Positions 49,812 to 59,063 are shown, counted from the stretch's first letter. The stretch: 64,000 nt of DNA from an uncultured Alphaproteobacteria bacterium (GCA_902621725.1 CACNND010000001.1:83726-147725); one strand, 5' to 3'. Notes: generated from the sequence alone by a model not told the origin. Program-made: numbers and translations.

Positions 49812-51047
49812 TTATTTTTGTATAAGTTTATTTAATTTTTGATTTTGATCTGAAAGAATTTGTTTATCTACAATGGTATTTTTCTCAGTTAATTTAGAAG
49901 TTATTCTAATGTCACGACCAATTTTTCCTGCAATTCCTAGACCACATGCACCTCTTATTATTTTATCTTTTAGAAAAAAATAAATTACACCATTATTAAT
50001 CTCATTTCCTCTTTCAATGATTTCATCATAATCATCACAAATACCAGTCAGTTGGAGATTCAAATTAAATTGATCAGACCACATCCAAGGAATTGAGGTA
50101 TATTCTGTTTTTACTCCAGCAATATTTTTTCCAGCACATATTCCATGATTTTGTGCATGTTGATAAGACTCAAGTCTCATATATCTTTCATATAATGGAT
50201 GATAAAAATTAGATACGTCACCAGCTGCATAAACATCTTTAATAGAAGTTTCACAAAATTGATTAGTAACTATACCATTATCAAGCTTTAAATTTGTATT
50301 TTCAAATAACTTTACAGATGGGTTTGAGCCTATACCTGCAATTACAAAATCTGTTTCTATTAAAGAATTATCATTTAATAAAATTTCATAGATGCCATTT
50401 TTTTTAGTTATTTTATCTATTTGTTTATTTAATATTATTTCATTTCCTTGTTCTATATGAGTGTTTTGAACCAAATCAGCAATTTGTTTGGGTATAATTC
50501 TTCCCATAAGTTGATTGCCAATTTCGATAACAGTAACTTTCTTTTGAAGCTGAGATAAAGATGAAGCAATTTCTAAGCCAATGAAACCACCGCCAATAAT
50601 AGTTATTTTATTTTTATTTTTATTTGCAACTATTTCTTTAATTATTTTGGCTTCTTCTAAATTTCTTAGATAATAAATATCATTGTTTAAATTATTATCT
50701 AAACTAAGTTTTTTATTTTCAGAACCTGTTGAAATGAGCAAAATATCATAAGAATAAACATTATCGTTTTTTGCAACAAGTTTTTTATTTTCAAAATCAA
50801 CTTTATTAATTGATATATTTTCAAAATCTATGTTTTCATTTTTTAGTACATGACTAGAATGAAAATAAAGATCTTCTTCATTTTTTTTATCTAACAAAAA
50901 ATCTTTAGATAAAGGAGGTCTTTCATAAGGTAATAAATTTTCTTCACCTAAAATTTTAATATTTGATTCAGAATCATTTTTTCTAATCTCTCTAGCAGCA
51001 TAAATTCCGGCTTGACCACCGCCTAAAATTATAATGTTATTTTTCAC
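49812..51047 (-). CDS. FAD-dependent ferredoxin-NAD(P)+ reductase (pyridine nucleotide-disulfide oxidoreductase family)
   Basis: Two Rossmann GxGxxG motifs (ILGGGQAG; IIGGGFIG). The length is typical of ferredoxin/rubredoxin reductases. Confidence 0.85.
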   Translation of the reverse strand: MKNNIIILGGGQAGIYAAREIRKNDSESNIKILGEENLLPYERPPLSKDFLLDKKNEEDLYFHSSHVLKNENIDFENISINKVDFENKKLVAKNDNVYSYDILLISTGSENKKLSLDNNLNNDIYYLRNLEEAKIIKEIVANKNKNKITIIGGGFIGLEIASSLSQLQKKVTVIEIGNQLMGRIIPKQIADLVQNTHIEQGNEIILNKQIDKITKKNGIYEILLNDNSLIETDFVIAGIGSNPSVKLFENTNLKLDNGIVTNQFCETSIKDVYAAGDVSNFYHPLYERYMRLESYQHAQNHGICAGKNIAGVKTEYTSIPWMWSDQFNLNLQLTGICDDYDEIIERGNEINNGVIYFFLKDKIIRGACGLGIAGKIGRDIRITSKLTEKNTIVDKQILSDQNQKLNKLIQK

Positions 51048-51052
51048 TTAGT

Positions 51053-52039
51053 TTAAGCGTTACCGGGAATAGATAATGGGATTTGATAATCTGGATTTTT
51101 TGCTTGTTTTATGAGTGCTGGAATAATTTCTTTATAAGCCCCAAGAAGACCTTTTCTGGCAGATGGTAATTGATCTTTAATTATAGCATGAAGTTTAGGT
51201 AAATTATGTGAGGGAACTTGAGGGAACATATGGTGCTCAACATGATATTCCATATGCCAATATAAAAAACTTAAAACTGGATTTAAATATACTGTTCTGG
51301 TTGTATACCTGTGATCTCTTTTATCTTCTCTAAGTCCAGCGTGCTGAGTAAGACCCATTAGCATGACGAGTGTCTTTCCATAAAAATTAGGTAATAAAAC
51401 ATATAGAACTGGAAGCCAGCTTTGAAAGTATACTGAAGAAGCAATACTTATAATCCAAATAGAGAGATGACTCCAAGCGGATAATCTACATTTCCATCTT
51501 TCGTTTTCAGGGATACAAACTTTCATTACATCTGTAGTCACACCAAATGCATGTTTTATAGTTTCCCATTGAAGAGAATTTTTAAAAAAAATAAAACCAG
51601 AGAATGGAATGTAGTGAGAGAAAAACACAATTAAATCAGTTGGTTTTTTTACATGAATTTCAAAATCCACAGGATCATTGAATTGGGTATAAGTATGATG
51701 ATGATAATGAGAATATCTCCATCTTATAGGCTCGAAATTATCCATGAAACTTGCAATGTAATAAAAGAAATCATTCCAGAATTTTGATTTAAAAGCTGTT
51801 CTGTGACCAGTTTCATGCCAAATAGCATCACTACATCCCCATATATTTCCATATATTAGAAAAAATAATAAAGACCACCAAGTGCCCCATGTGACATATG
51901 CAAGATACCCAAAAAGAAATAGAGATGAAAAATAAATTATCATATGCTTAAAACCCTGCCAATCAGATTTCTTGCATAACTTCTTAAATTCTTTTTTATC
52001 TATATTTGCTCGATACCATTTACCTAAATCTACTTCCAT
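51053..52039 (-). CDS. Fatty acid desaturase family (FADS-like) membrane di-iron enzyme, copy A
   Basis: His boxes HETGH, HYHHH and HVEHHMFP. First gene of the co-directional operon. Confidence 0.8.
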   Translation of the reverse strand: MEVDLGKWYRANIDKKEFKKLCKKSDWQGFKHMIIYFSSLFLFGYLAYVTWGTWWSLLFFLIYGNIWGCSDAIWHETGHRTAFKSKFWNDFFYYIASFMDNFEPIRWRYSHYHHHTYTQFNDPVDFEIHVKKPTDLIVFFSHYIPFSGFIFFKNSLQWETIKHAFGVTTDVMKVCIPENERWKCRLSAWSHLSIWIISIASSVYFQSWLPVLYVLLPNFYGKTLVMLMGLTQHAGLREDKRDHRYTTRTVYLNPVLSFLYWHMEYHVEHHMFPQVPSHNLPKLHAIIKDQLPSARKGLLGAYKEIIPALIKQAKNPDYQIPLSIPGNA

Positions 52040-52229
52040 AATTAAAAAATAGCACTTTTTAATAACCTTATAAATATAAAAATTACTATAAATTAGGAAT
52101 TAAGTGCGACTATTTTATCTAGCTAACGTAACTCGAATTTAATTTGTAATAAACCCTTTAATACTTTAATTTAATTGTAATATTGATTTATTTACTTATA
52201 AATTGAGTCATAAATTATTTGGAGGAATT

Positions 52230-53210
52230 ATGAAAAAAATCTTTGCAATCATTGCTCTATTTTTTGCTTTTGCATCTACTTCAGCAGTAGCAAAAAATGA
52301 TTATAGCTGTGATAAGAAATTTATATTTTTCCCAGGCGGACCTGAAGGTGGTCCATTTGGAACTATTGTTTATAATGGTGCAGTAGCTGCTGCTGAACAT
52401 ACTGGTTGTGACGTAGACTATTACTGGTCACAATGGAACTCAGAAATCATGATTAAACAATTCAAAGAGGCTGTTGCTTTACAGCCTGATGGAATTGCAA
52501 TCTATGGTTTTCCAGGTGACGCTGCAATGAGACCTATCATTCAAGAAGCTAGAGAAATGGGAATAGTTATTACTACTATGAACACGCCTCTTCCTGACCT
52601 TGAGTCAGAGTATAAAACTGAAGGATTTGGTTATGCAGGCGCAGATTTATTTGATGCTGGATTTAATCTAGGTAAAAAAGCTGTTGAAGTTTGTGGTCTA
52701 CAAGCTGGAGACAAAGCTTTTATCTGGGGTCTTGCAAGTATGCCAAATAGAGGAGAAAGAACTAAAGGTGCAATAGCTGGTGTTGAAGCAGCAGGTGTTG
52801 AAGTAGTTTATCAAGAAATTCCTGATAACGTAAACTCTGATGCATCACAGGGAACTCCTATGTATGTTGCAACATACAGTGCAAATCCTGATATTAAATT
52901 AGCTATTACTGATCATGGTGGATTAACTGCAAGTTTACCAACATATATGAAGGCTGCAGGTCATGGTACTGAAGAAGTATGTGGCGCTGGATTTGATTTA
53001 TCAGCTCCAATTGTTGATGGAATTAATTCAGGTTACATTGATGTAGTAATTGATCAACAACCATTTATCCAAGGATATATGCCAATCGTTCAATTATTCC
53101 TAAGTACAAAGTATGGAATGGCTGGATTAGCTATGGATACTGGTGCTGCATTTGTTACAGCTGATAACGTAGATGCTGTTGCTCCATTAGCAGCAGTACA
53201 AATCAGATAA
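52230..53210 (+). CDS. Sugar-type ABC transporter periplasmic substrate-binding protein (PBP type I)
   Basis: Signal peptide MKKIFAIIALFFAFASTSAVA preceded by a GGAGGA SD. RbsB/FrcB-like fold pattern. The track start at 52203 (TTG) is rejected. Confidence 0.85.
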   Translation: MKKIFAIIALFFAFASTSAVAKNDYSCDKKFIFFPGGPEGGPFGTIVYNGAVAAAEHTGCDVDYYWSQWNSEIMIKQFKEAVALQPDGIAIYGFPGDAAMRPIIQEAREMGIVITTMNTPLPDLESEYKTEGFGYAGADLFDAGFNLGKKAVEVCGLQAGDKAFIWGLASMPNRGERTKGAIAGVEAAGVEVVYQEIPDNVNSDASQGTPMYVATYSANPDIKLAITDHGGLTASLPTYMKAAGHGTEEVCGAGFDLSAPIVDGINSGYIDVVIDQQPFIQGYMPIVQLFLSTKYGMAGLAMDTGAAFVTADNVDAVAPLAAVQIR

Positions 53211-53222
53211 ATTAAATTTTAT

Positions 53223-53255
53223 AACCTGCCTTAATTTAAGGCAGGTTAAATTTTT
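53223..53255 (+). terminator. Intra-operon hairpin (attenuator or partial terminator) after the binding-protein gene
   Basis: AACCTGCC (53223-53230) pairs with GGCAGGTT (53240-53247) around a 9-nt loop. It is followed by AAATTTTT immediately before the ATPase ATG. Confidence 0.5.
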
Positions 53256-54023
53256 ATGGCAGAAGAACTCTTAAAATTAGAAAATATTTATAAAAACTTT
53301 GGAAATGTCAAAGTTTTAAAAGATGTAAATATCAAAATAAATAAAGGTGAAGTAGTAGCTTTAATTGGTGATAATGGTGCTGGCAAATCAACACTTATAA
53401 AAGTTATAACTGGAGTTCACAGCCCAAACTCAGGAAAAGTTTTTTTTAAAGAAAAAGAAGTTCAAATTAAATCAGTCGCCCAATCAAGAAAAATGGGGAT
53501 TGAAGCTGTATATCAAGAGAGAGCACTTTGTGATCAACAAGAATTGTTTAGAAATATTTTTGCAGGAAGAGAAATTACAAACTCATTTGGTTTTTTAGAT
53601 ATCAAAAAACAAAGAAAAGAAGCAGAAAAAATTTTACGAGATTATATAGGGTTTACTTCTAAGGCTATAACTGTGGACTCACCAGTAATGGGTCTATCAG
53701 GCGGAGAAAAACAAGGCGTTGCTTTTGGTAGATCCTTATACTTTAATTCTGATTTGATTGTATTAGACGAACCTACTATGGGTTTATCAATTCAAGAAAC
53801 AGAAAAAGTACTTAACTTTGTAAAGGGTTTAAAAAATGAAAATAAATCAGCTATTTTTATCGATCACAATATAATACACGTTTACGGTGCTGCAGATAGG
53901 TTTATCATTTTAGATAGAGGAGAAGTTGTTGGAGAGTTTAACAAAGAAGATATTTCAAGGGAAGAGCTTGTTAAAAAAATGATCCAACTTCATGAGTCAG
54001 GAAAAATTAAGGTAGAAAATTAA
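53256..54023 (+). CDS. ABC transporter ATP-binding protein (single NBD)
   Basis: Walker A GDNGAGKST, signature LSGGEKQ, Walker B LIVLDEPT. Confidence 0.9.
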   Translation: MAEELLKLENIYKNFGNVKVLKDVNIKINKGEVVALIGDNGAGKSTLIKVITGVHSPNSGKVFFKEKEVQIKSVAQSRKMGIEAVYQERALCDQQELFRNIFAGREITNSFGFLDIKKQRKEAEKILRDYIGFTSKAITVDSPVMGLSGGEKQGVAFGRSLYFNSDLIVLDEPTMGLSIQETEKVLNFVKGLKNENKSAIFIDHNIIHVYGAADRFIILDRGEVVGEFNKEDISREELVKKMIQLHESGKIKVEN

Positions 54024-55001
54024 ATGAGTAGTTTATTAAATAGTTATTTTGTAAAAACACACAAACTTGAAATAAGTATTACAATAATTGCCATAGTGCT
54101 TTTCTTAATTTACTTCTTGGGTGCACCACATGTATTTACAAGATTTCCAATTTACAGAGCTTTCATGCAATCAATGCCTTTTTTTGGCATTATTGCTATA
54201 TCAGCAACATTTGTTGTTACACTTGGTGAAATAGATCTGTCATTCCCATCTATAGTTGGAATTACATCTCTCATATTTGGAATCATAATGACATCAACAG
54301 ATGGTAATTTTTTTATAGCATTTATCTTGGCGACTTCACTTGGAATGTTTGCTGGATTAGTAAATGGATTACTTGTTACTAAAATTGGTATACCTTCAAT
54401 AGTTGCAACTATAGGTACTTTATTTTTTTGGCGTGGATTAGTTAATGTTATTTCCCAAGGTAGTGGTATTGCAATCGTCGATGTGGCAGATGGAACCTGG
54501 CATCATATGATATTTGTAGAAAAATTATTTGGGAAAATTCCAATGCAATTTATTTGGTTCATTGTATTAACAGGTTTGATGCAGTGGGTTTATCGTTACC
54601 ATAAATTTGGAAATCACATCCACTTTGTAGGTGACAATAAAGCAAGTGCTCAAATGATGGGAATTAATGTTGATAATGTAAAAATTATTGCTTTTGTTCA
54701 ATTAGGTTTTTTCTCCGCTTTAGCGGGAATTTTTACAATGTATGAAATGTTATACTTCTGGCCTACACAAGGTGAGGGCTTAATGTTAACGACATTAGCA
54801 GCTGTCTTTGTTGGTGGGACCTCAGTATTTGGTGGTAAGGGTACTATTTTTGGAACCTTTATTGGAGTATTAATTATAGGTTCATTGGAATCAGGTATAG
54901 TTGCTTTAGGATTATCTGGTTTTTATGTAAAATTTATCAATGGGCTCATGATTACAGTTGCCGTGACAGTTTACGCTCTTATACAAAGAAGAAAAAATTA
55001 A
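54024..55001 (+). CDS. ABC transporter permease (ribose/fructose-type, BPD_transp_2)
   Basis: 325 aa, about 9-10 TM helices. Follows the ATPase gene with no gap. Confidence 0.85.
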   Translation: MSSLLNSYFVKTHKLEISITIIAIVLFLIYFLGAPHVFTRFPIYRAFMQSMPFFGIIAISATFVVTLGEIDLSFPSIVGITSLIFGIIMTSTDGNFFIAFILATSLGMFAGLVNGLLVTKIGIPSIVATIGTLFFWRGLVNVISQGSGIAIVDVADGTWHHMIFVEKLFGKIPMQFIWFIVLTGLMQWVYRYHKFGNHIHFVGDNKASAQMMGINVDNVKIIAFVQLGFFSALAGIFTMYEMLYFWPTQGEGLMLTTLAAVFVGGTSVFGGKGTIFGTFIGVLIIGSLESGIVALGLSGFYVKFINGLMITVAVTVYALIQRRKN

Positions 55002-55735
55002 TAAGTAGCTCGACCTCCACTTAAATCAAAAGTTGAGCCTGTGGTATAAGAATTTTCTTCAGAAGACATCCATGCAACTAAAGAGGCTAATTCTTCAACT
55101 AAAACAAATCTATTTCTAGGAATTTTTGATAACATATAATCAATATGTTCTTGCGTAATTTGATCAAAAATCCGTGTCTTAGCAGGTGCAGGGGTAACAC
55201 AATTCACTGCTATATTATTCTCAGCTAACTCTTTTCCTAAAGATTTAGTAAGTGCAATAACTCCTGCTTTTGCTGCACTATAAGGCATTGCATTAGGATT
55301 ACCTTCCTTACCAGCTATCGAGGAAATATTTACGATACGTCCATAATTATGTTTGATAAAATGAGGTACTATAGTTTTACAGCAATAAAATACTCCGCTT
55401 AGATCTATATCGATAACTTTTTGCCATTCCTCAAGTGGATAATCCCAAGTCTTAAAGTTTGGTCCAGCTATTCCTGCATTATTTACTAAAATATCAATTT
55501 TACTTTCATATGTAAGACTTTCAGCAAATGCATTCTCTACATTTTTATAATTTGACACATCAACTTCGATTTTTTGGGTATTTTTTAAATCAACTTTATT
55601 TAAATATTCTTGATCATTGTCCCATATTAATACTCTTGCACCTGATTCTAAAAATCTTTTTGTAATTGCTAAGCCAAAACCTTGTGCTCCACCCGTTACA
55701 ATCGCTACTCTATTTTCTAAATTAATTTTATTCAT
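54998..55735 (-). CDS. Short-chain dehydrogenase/reductase
   Basis: TGGAQGFG, NNAG, YSAAKAG catalytic motif. Confidence 0.85.
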   Translation of the reverse strand: MNKINLENRVAIVTGGAQGFGLAITKRFLESGARVLIWDNDQEYLNKVDLKNTQKIEVDVSNYKNVENAFAESLTYESKIDILVNNAGIAGPNFKTWDYPLEEWQKVIDIDLSGVFYCCKTIVPHFIKHNYGRIVNISSIAGKEGNPNAMPYSAAKAGVIALTKSLGKELAENNIAVNCVTPAPAKTRIFDQITQEHIDYMLSKIPRNRFVLVEELASLVAWMSSEENSYTTGSTFDLSGGRATY

Positions 55736-56208
55736 TAGATTTTTTCTAAAATATATTCAGCTGAACTAACACGGAATTCACCATCTTTTTCAATAAACTT
55801 ATTTATAATCACATTATTCTCAATGATCATGGCAAATCTTCGACACCTAAAGCCCATGTAATTTTTCGTCTTATCAGACATCAGGTCAAAATACCCTGTG
55901 ATCTCAGCATTTCCGTCTGCAATCCCGTTGATCTTTTCTCCCTCTGTATAACTTACTAACCAAGATTTCATCACATGTTCATCGTTTACAGAGAGACAAT
56001 AAATTCCATCAATTTTTTTATTAATAAATGAATTATATAATTTTATATAACCTGGAAGATGTTTCTCAGAACAAGTTGGTGTAAATGCCCCTGGAACACC
56101 AAATAGAATAATTTTTTTATTTTTTAATTCATTTTTTAATGAAGTTACAGATGATACACCTTTTTTAATAATAGGTACTTTAAAATCATCAATAATCATA
56201 TTTTTCAT
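55735..56208 (-). CDS. Peroxiredoxin, Prx5 (type 5/PrxD) subfamily
   Basis: PGAFTPTCS peroxidatic-Cys motif. 157 aa, no signal peptide. Confidence 0.85.
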   Translation of the reverse strand: MKNMIIDDFKVPIIKKGVSSVTSLKNELKNKKIILFGVPGAFTPTCSEKHLPGYIKLYNSFINKKIDGIYCLSVNDEHVMKSWLVSYTEGEKINGIADGNAEITGYFDLMSDKTKNYMGFRCRRFAMIIENNVIINKFIEKDGEFRVSSAEYILEKI

Positions 56209-58262
56209 TTAACTTTATTATATGTTTCAAGTATTTGTTTCTCAGTTAATATTTCATTCATTACTATGCCTTCAGGAAACTTTGAAGAGTAAAATGCATT
56301 AAAAGGTATGCCAAATTTATTATATTTTTTTAAAAATTTATTTATTTCTTCATTTGGCTGTGTCCAATCAGCTTTTATTAATATCACTTCTTGAGAATCA
56401 AAAAATTCTGAAATTGTTTCTGAATTTAAAACATTAATTTTATTAAACTTACAGGTTATGCACCAATCTGCTGTTATATCTAGAAAAATAATTTCATTAT
56501 TAGCTATTATTTCAGAGATACTTATTGAATTAAAATCTAACCAATTGTTACTTTTATAATTTTCTTCATTAATTTTTTGAAAAGAATTTAAGTAAGGGGT
56601 TAAAAAGAAAATAATTATTAAAGAAATAATTAAAGGAAATTGGAAAAATCTAAATTTTAAAACTGCTGATATTAAAGTTAATAAAATAGTAAATGTGACT
56701 ATAAAAAAATAATTAAAATAATTATTTAATATACTTAATAGCCAAATTATTGTTATTAGTAATAAAATAGATAAAAAATATTTAAAATACATCATCCATT
56801 TTCCAGATCGAGGTAAGAAGGAAATTAAGCCTGGAAAAAAAGCTATAACCAAATAAGGTAAGCTCATTCCTATACCCATAAAACAGAATATTAAAAATAG
56901 ATACGTTGTTGATTGGGTAAATGCAGCAGTTACAGCTGTTCCCAAATAAGGGGCAGAACAAGGTGTAGCAAGTAGTGTAGCAAAAAAACCATTAAAAAAA
57001 TTCTTTGTATAAAAATTATTTCCTGAATTTAAAATATTATATGAATGTAAAAAACTTGGTATATTTATTTGGAAAAGACCAAGTGTATTCAAAAAGAACA
57101 TAGATATAATAATCAAAATGAACATTAAAAAATAAGGTTCTTGAAATTGCATACCCCAAGATATTGAAATATTGATTTGTTTCAAAATAGCAAAAAAAGT
57201 GCCAAGTATTAAAAAAGAAGTAATAATACCGAATACAGTAATAAAAAAACTACTTTTTATCTTTTTATCTTGAGTATTAATAACAGATAATAATTTTAGA
57301 GATAATACAGGAAATACACATGGCATAAGATTCAAGATAAAACCACCTAGTAGTGAAATTAAGAGTAAGTATGCAAGATTATTGTTTATAGTAATATTTT
57401 TATCTACATTTTTAATTTCAATATTTTTTTTAACTTTAAAACTGTGATTATTGTCATAAAAAAATATTTCTATTGGAAACTTTTTTTCATTAAATTGATC
57501 TGTGCTAAAATTAAATGAGGTATTCAATTTTTGAAAATCAAATGAATAATTATTTATTGGTTCTACAACTGGTAATCCAAATGGTGTGTGAATAAAAATT
57601 TTTGGATCGTCAAAAAAAGAACTGGTTGATATTTCTATATCAAAAGTAACGTTATTATTATTTTCAATAGCCTTAAATGAGAAATTAGAAATAGGTGTAA
57701 AATCGATATTATTGTTTAGTGTAGTAGATAAAACTTTTTCGATTTCAAAAAAATAATCTGTGTAAGTACCATTTCCAGATGGTAAGTTTAAAAATATATC
57801 CGCATTACCTGGAATGCAAACATCTTTACAAACTAAATAATTAATATTTAAATTTAAATTTGTTGTTTTTTCGTTGTCATCAATATCTACAATCAAAGGA
57901 AAGATAACTTTATCTTTGTATCCAATTGATTTTAAACCTAGTATTTCAAATTCTATTGGCTCTGGCCATAATATTTTAATATCTTTCACATTAGAGGAAT
58001 TATTCCATATAATTTTTTGAGGAAAACCTCCCCCTCCAGGCGATTTCCAATATGTTTTCCATTCCTCTTCTAGTTCATATTCTAATGCTAAAATTAATTG
58101 GTTATTATTATTTGATGTAGTTATTGGTGAAATCAATCTAACTTTTGATTTTTCACCAATTGCCCAATCTGAAGATAAAGAATATCCAGCTGTGCTAAAT
58201 AGCCCAAGTGCAAGTATTATTGCTATTTTTAGAAAATTTTTAAATTTTATTACCTTGTTCAT
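56205..58262 (-). CDS. DsbD/ScsB-family membrane thiol:disulfide electron transporter
   Basis: N-terminal DsbC/ScsB-type periplasmic domain (YWKSPGGGGFP; LVCKDVCIPG). TM core with Cys in LMPCVFPV and TPCSAPY. C-terminal thioredoxin domain (WCITCK). I prefer the start MNKVIKF at 58262; the track start is 58304. Confidence 0.8.
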   Translation of the reverse strand: MNKVIKFKNFLKIAIILALGLFSTAGYSLSSDWAIGEKSKVRLISPITTSNNNNQLILALEYELEEEWKTYWKSPGGGGFPQKIIWNNSSNVKDIKILWPEPIEFEILGLKSIGYKDKVIFPLIVDIDDNEKTTNLNLNINYLVCKDVCIPGNADIFLNLPSGNGTYTDYFFEIEKVLSTTLNNNIDFTPISNFSFKAIENNNNVTFDIEISTSSFFDDPKIFIHTPFGLPVVEPINNYSFDFQKLNTSFNFSTDQFNEKKFPIEIFFYDNNHSFKVKKNIEIKNVDKNITINNNLAYLLLISLLGGFILNLMPCVFPVLSLKLLSVINTQDKKIKSSFFITVFGIITSFLILGTFFAILKQINISISWGMQFQEPYFLMFILIIISMFFLNTLGLFQINIPSFLHSYNILNSGNNFYTKNFFNGFFATLLATPCSAPYLGTAVTAAFTQSTTYLFLIFCFMGIGMSLPYLVIAFFPGLISFLPRSGKWMMYFKYFLSILLLITIIWLLSILNNYFNYFFIVTFTILLTLISAVLKFRFFQFPLIISLIIIFFLTPYLNSFQKINEENYKSNNWLDFNSISISEIIANNEIIFLDITADWCITCKFNKINVLNSETISEFFDSQEVILIKADWTQPNEEINKFLKKYNKFGIPFNAFYSSKFPEGIVMNEILTEKQILETYNKVK

Positions 58263-58319
58263 ATAAAATAAATCAATAAAATATTGAAAAATATAAATTA
58301 ACACGAATATATATACTAT

Positions 58320-58871
58320 ATGAATTTAACTGGTCAGTTCTTAATTTCAATGCCTTCATTAGAAGATTATAGATTTGAAAAAACAGTAATATATATGTGC
58401 GCTCACTCAAAGGATGGCGCGATGGGTATAATAATTAACAAGAAAATTGACTACGATCTTTACCCTGATTTGTTAAATCAGCTAGGAATAGATAAGCCAT
58501 TAGAGGGTAAAAAACTTTACATTCGTTATGGCGGACCTGTTGAAAGTGGTAGAGGATTTGTTTTACATTCTGATGAAGTGATTCAAAAAGAAACACTAAC
58601 AATAGATAAAGGTGTTGCGTTAACTAGTACTTCCGAATTTTTTGATGATCTATCCAAAGGTAATGGTCCAAAGAATAGCATCCTAGCTCTTGGATATGCA
58701 GGATGGGGTCCAGGACAAATTGAAAAGGAATTAGCGTCAAATAGTTGGATGACGCTTAAAACAGATAGTGATTTTATTTTTGGCGAAAAAGTAAATAATA
58801 AGTGGAACGATGCATTTAATTTATTAGGAATAGATGCGAGTAAACTTTCATTATTCTCTGGAAATTGTTAA
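58320..58871 (+). CDS. YqgE/AlgH family protein (UPF0301)
   Basis: LTGQFLISMP...F.KTVIYMC.H..DGAMGIIINK pattern. Confidence 0.85.
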   Translation: MNLTGQFLISMPSLEDYRFEKTVIYMCAHSKDGAMGIIINKKIDYDLYPDLLNQLGIDKPLEGKKLYIRYGGPVESGRGFVLHSDEVIQKETLTIDKGVALTSTSEFFDDLSKGNGPKNSILALGYAGWGPGQIEKELASNSWMTLKTDSDFIFGEKVNNKWNDAFNLLGIDASKLSLFSGNC

Positions 58872-59063
58872 TTATAGAATAATCTCAAAAACTCTTTCCT
58901 TATCTTTTTCTAAAACCTTTTTTATTTTAAACTTTGCAGTTTTTGTAAGTTTGATTCCTTTATTTGTCACAAATGATTTCATTTTAATTACTTCTTTTTC
59001 AGGCATTTTTCTTTCATATTTCAATATATGTTTCTCTCCACTGATAATAAATGCAGTTTTCAT
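58872..59063 (-). CDS. Small basic hypothetical protein (63 aa)
   Basis: Lys-rich ORF preceded by a good SD (AAGGAGA, 6 nt before the ATG). No family recognised. It competes with the antisense ORF 58834..59094. Confidence 0.4.
   Translation of the reverse strand: MKTAFIISGEKHILKYERKMPEKEVIKMKSFVTNKGIKLTKTAKFKIKKVLEKDKERVFEIIL

Noticed and set aside
52040-52229. The 190-nt divergent region between the oxygenase operon and the ABC transporter, examined for a riboswitch or operator
   Set aside because: I could not find a conserved-looking structure, a significant palindrome or a known motif. There are only short AT-rich repeats that are expected by chance.
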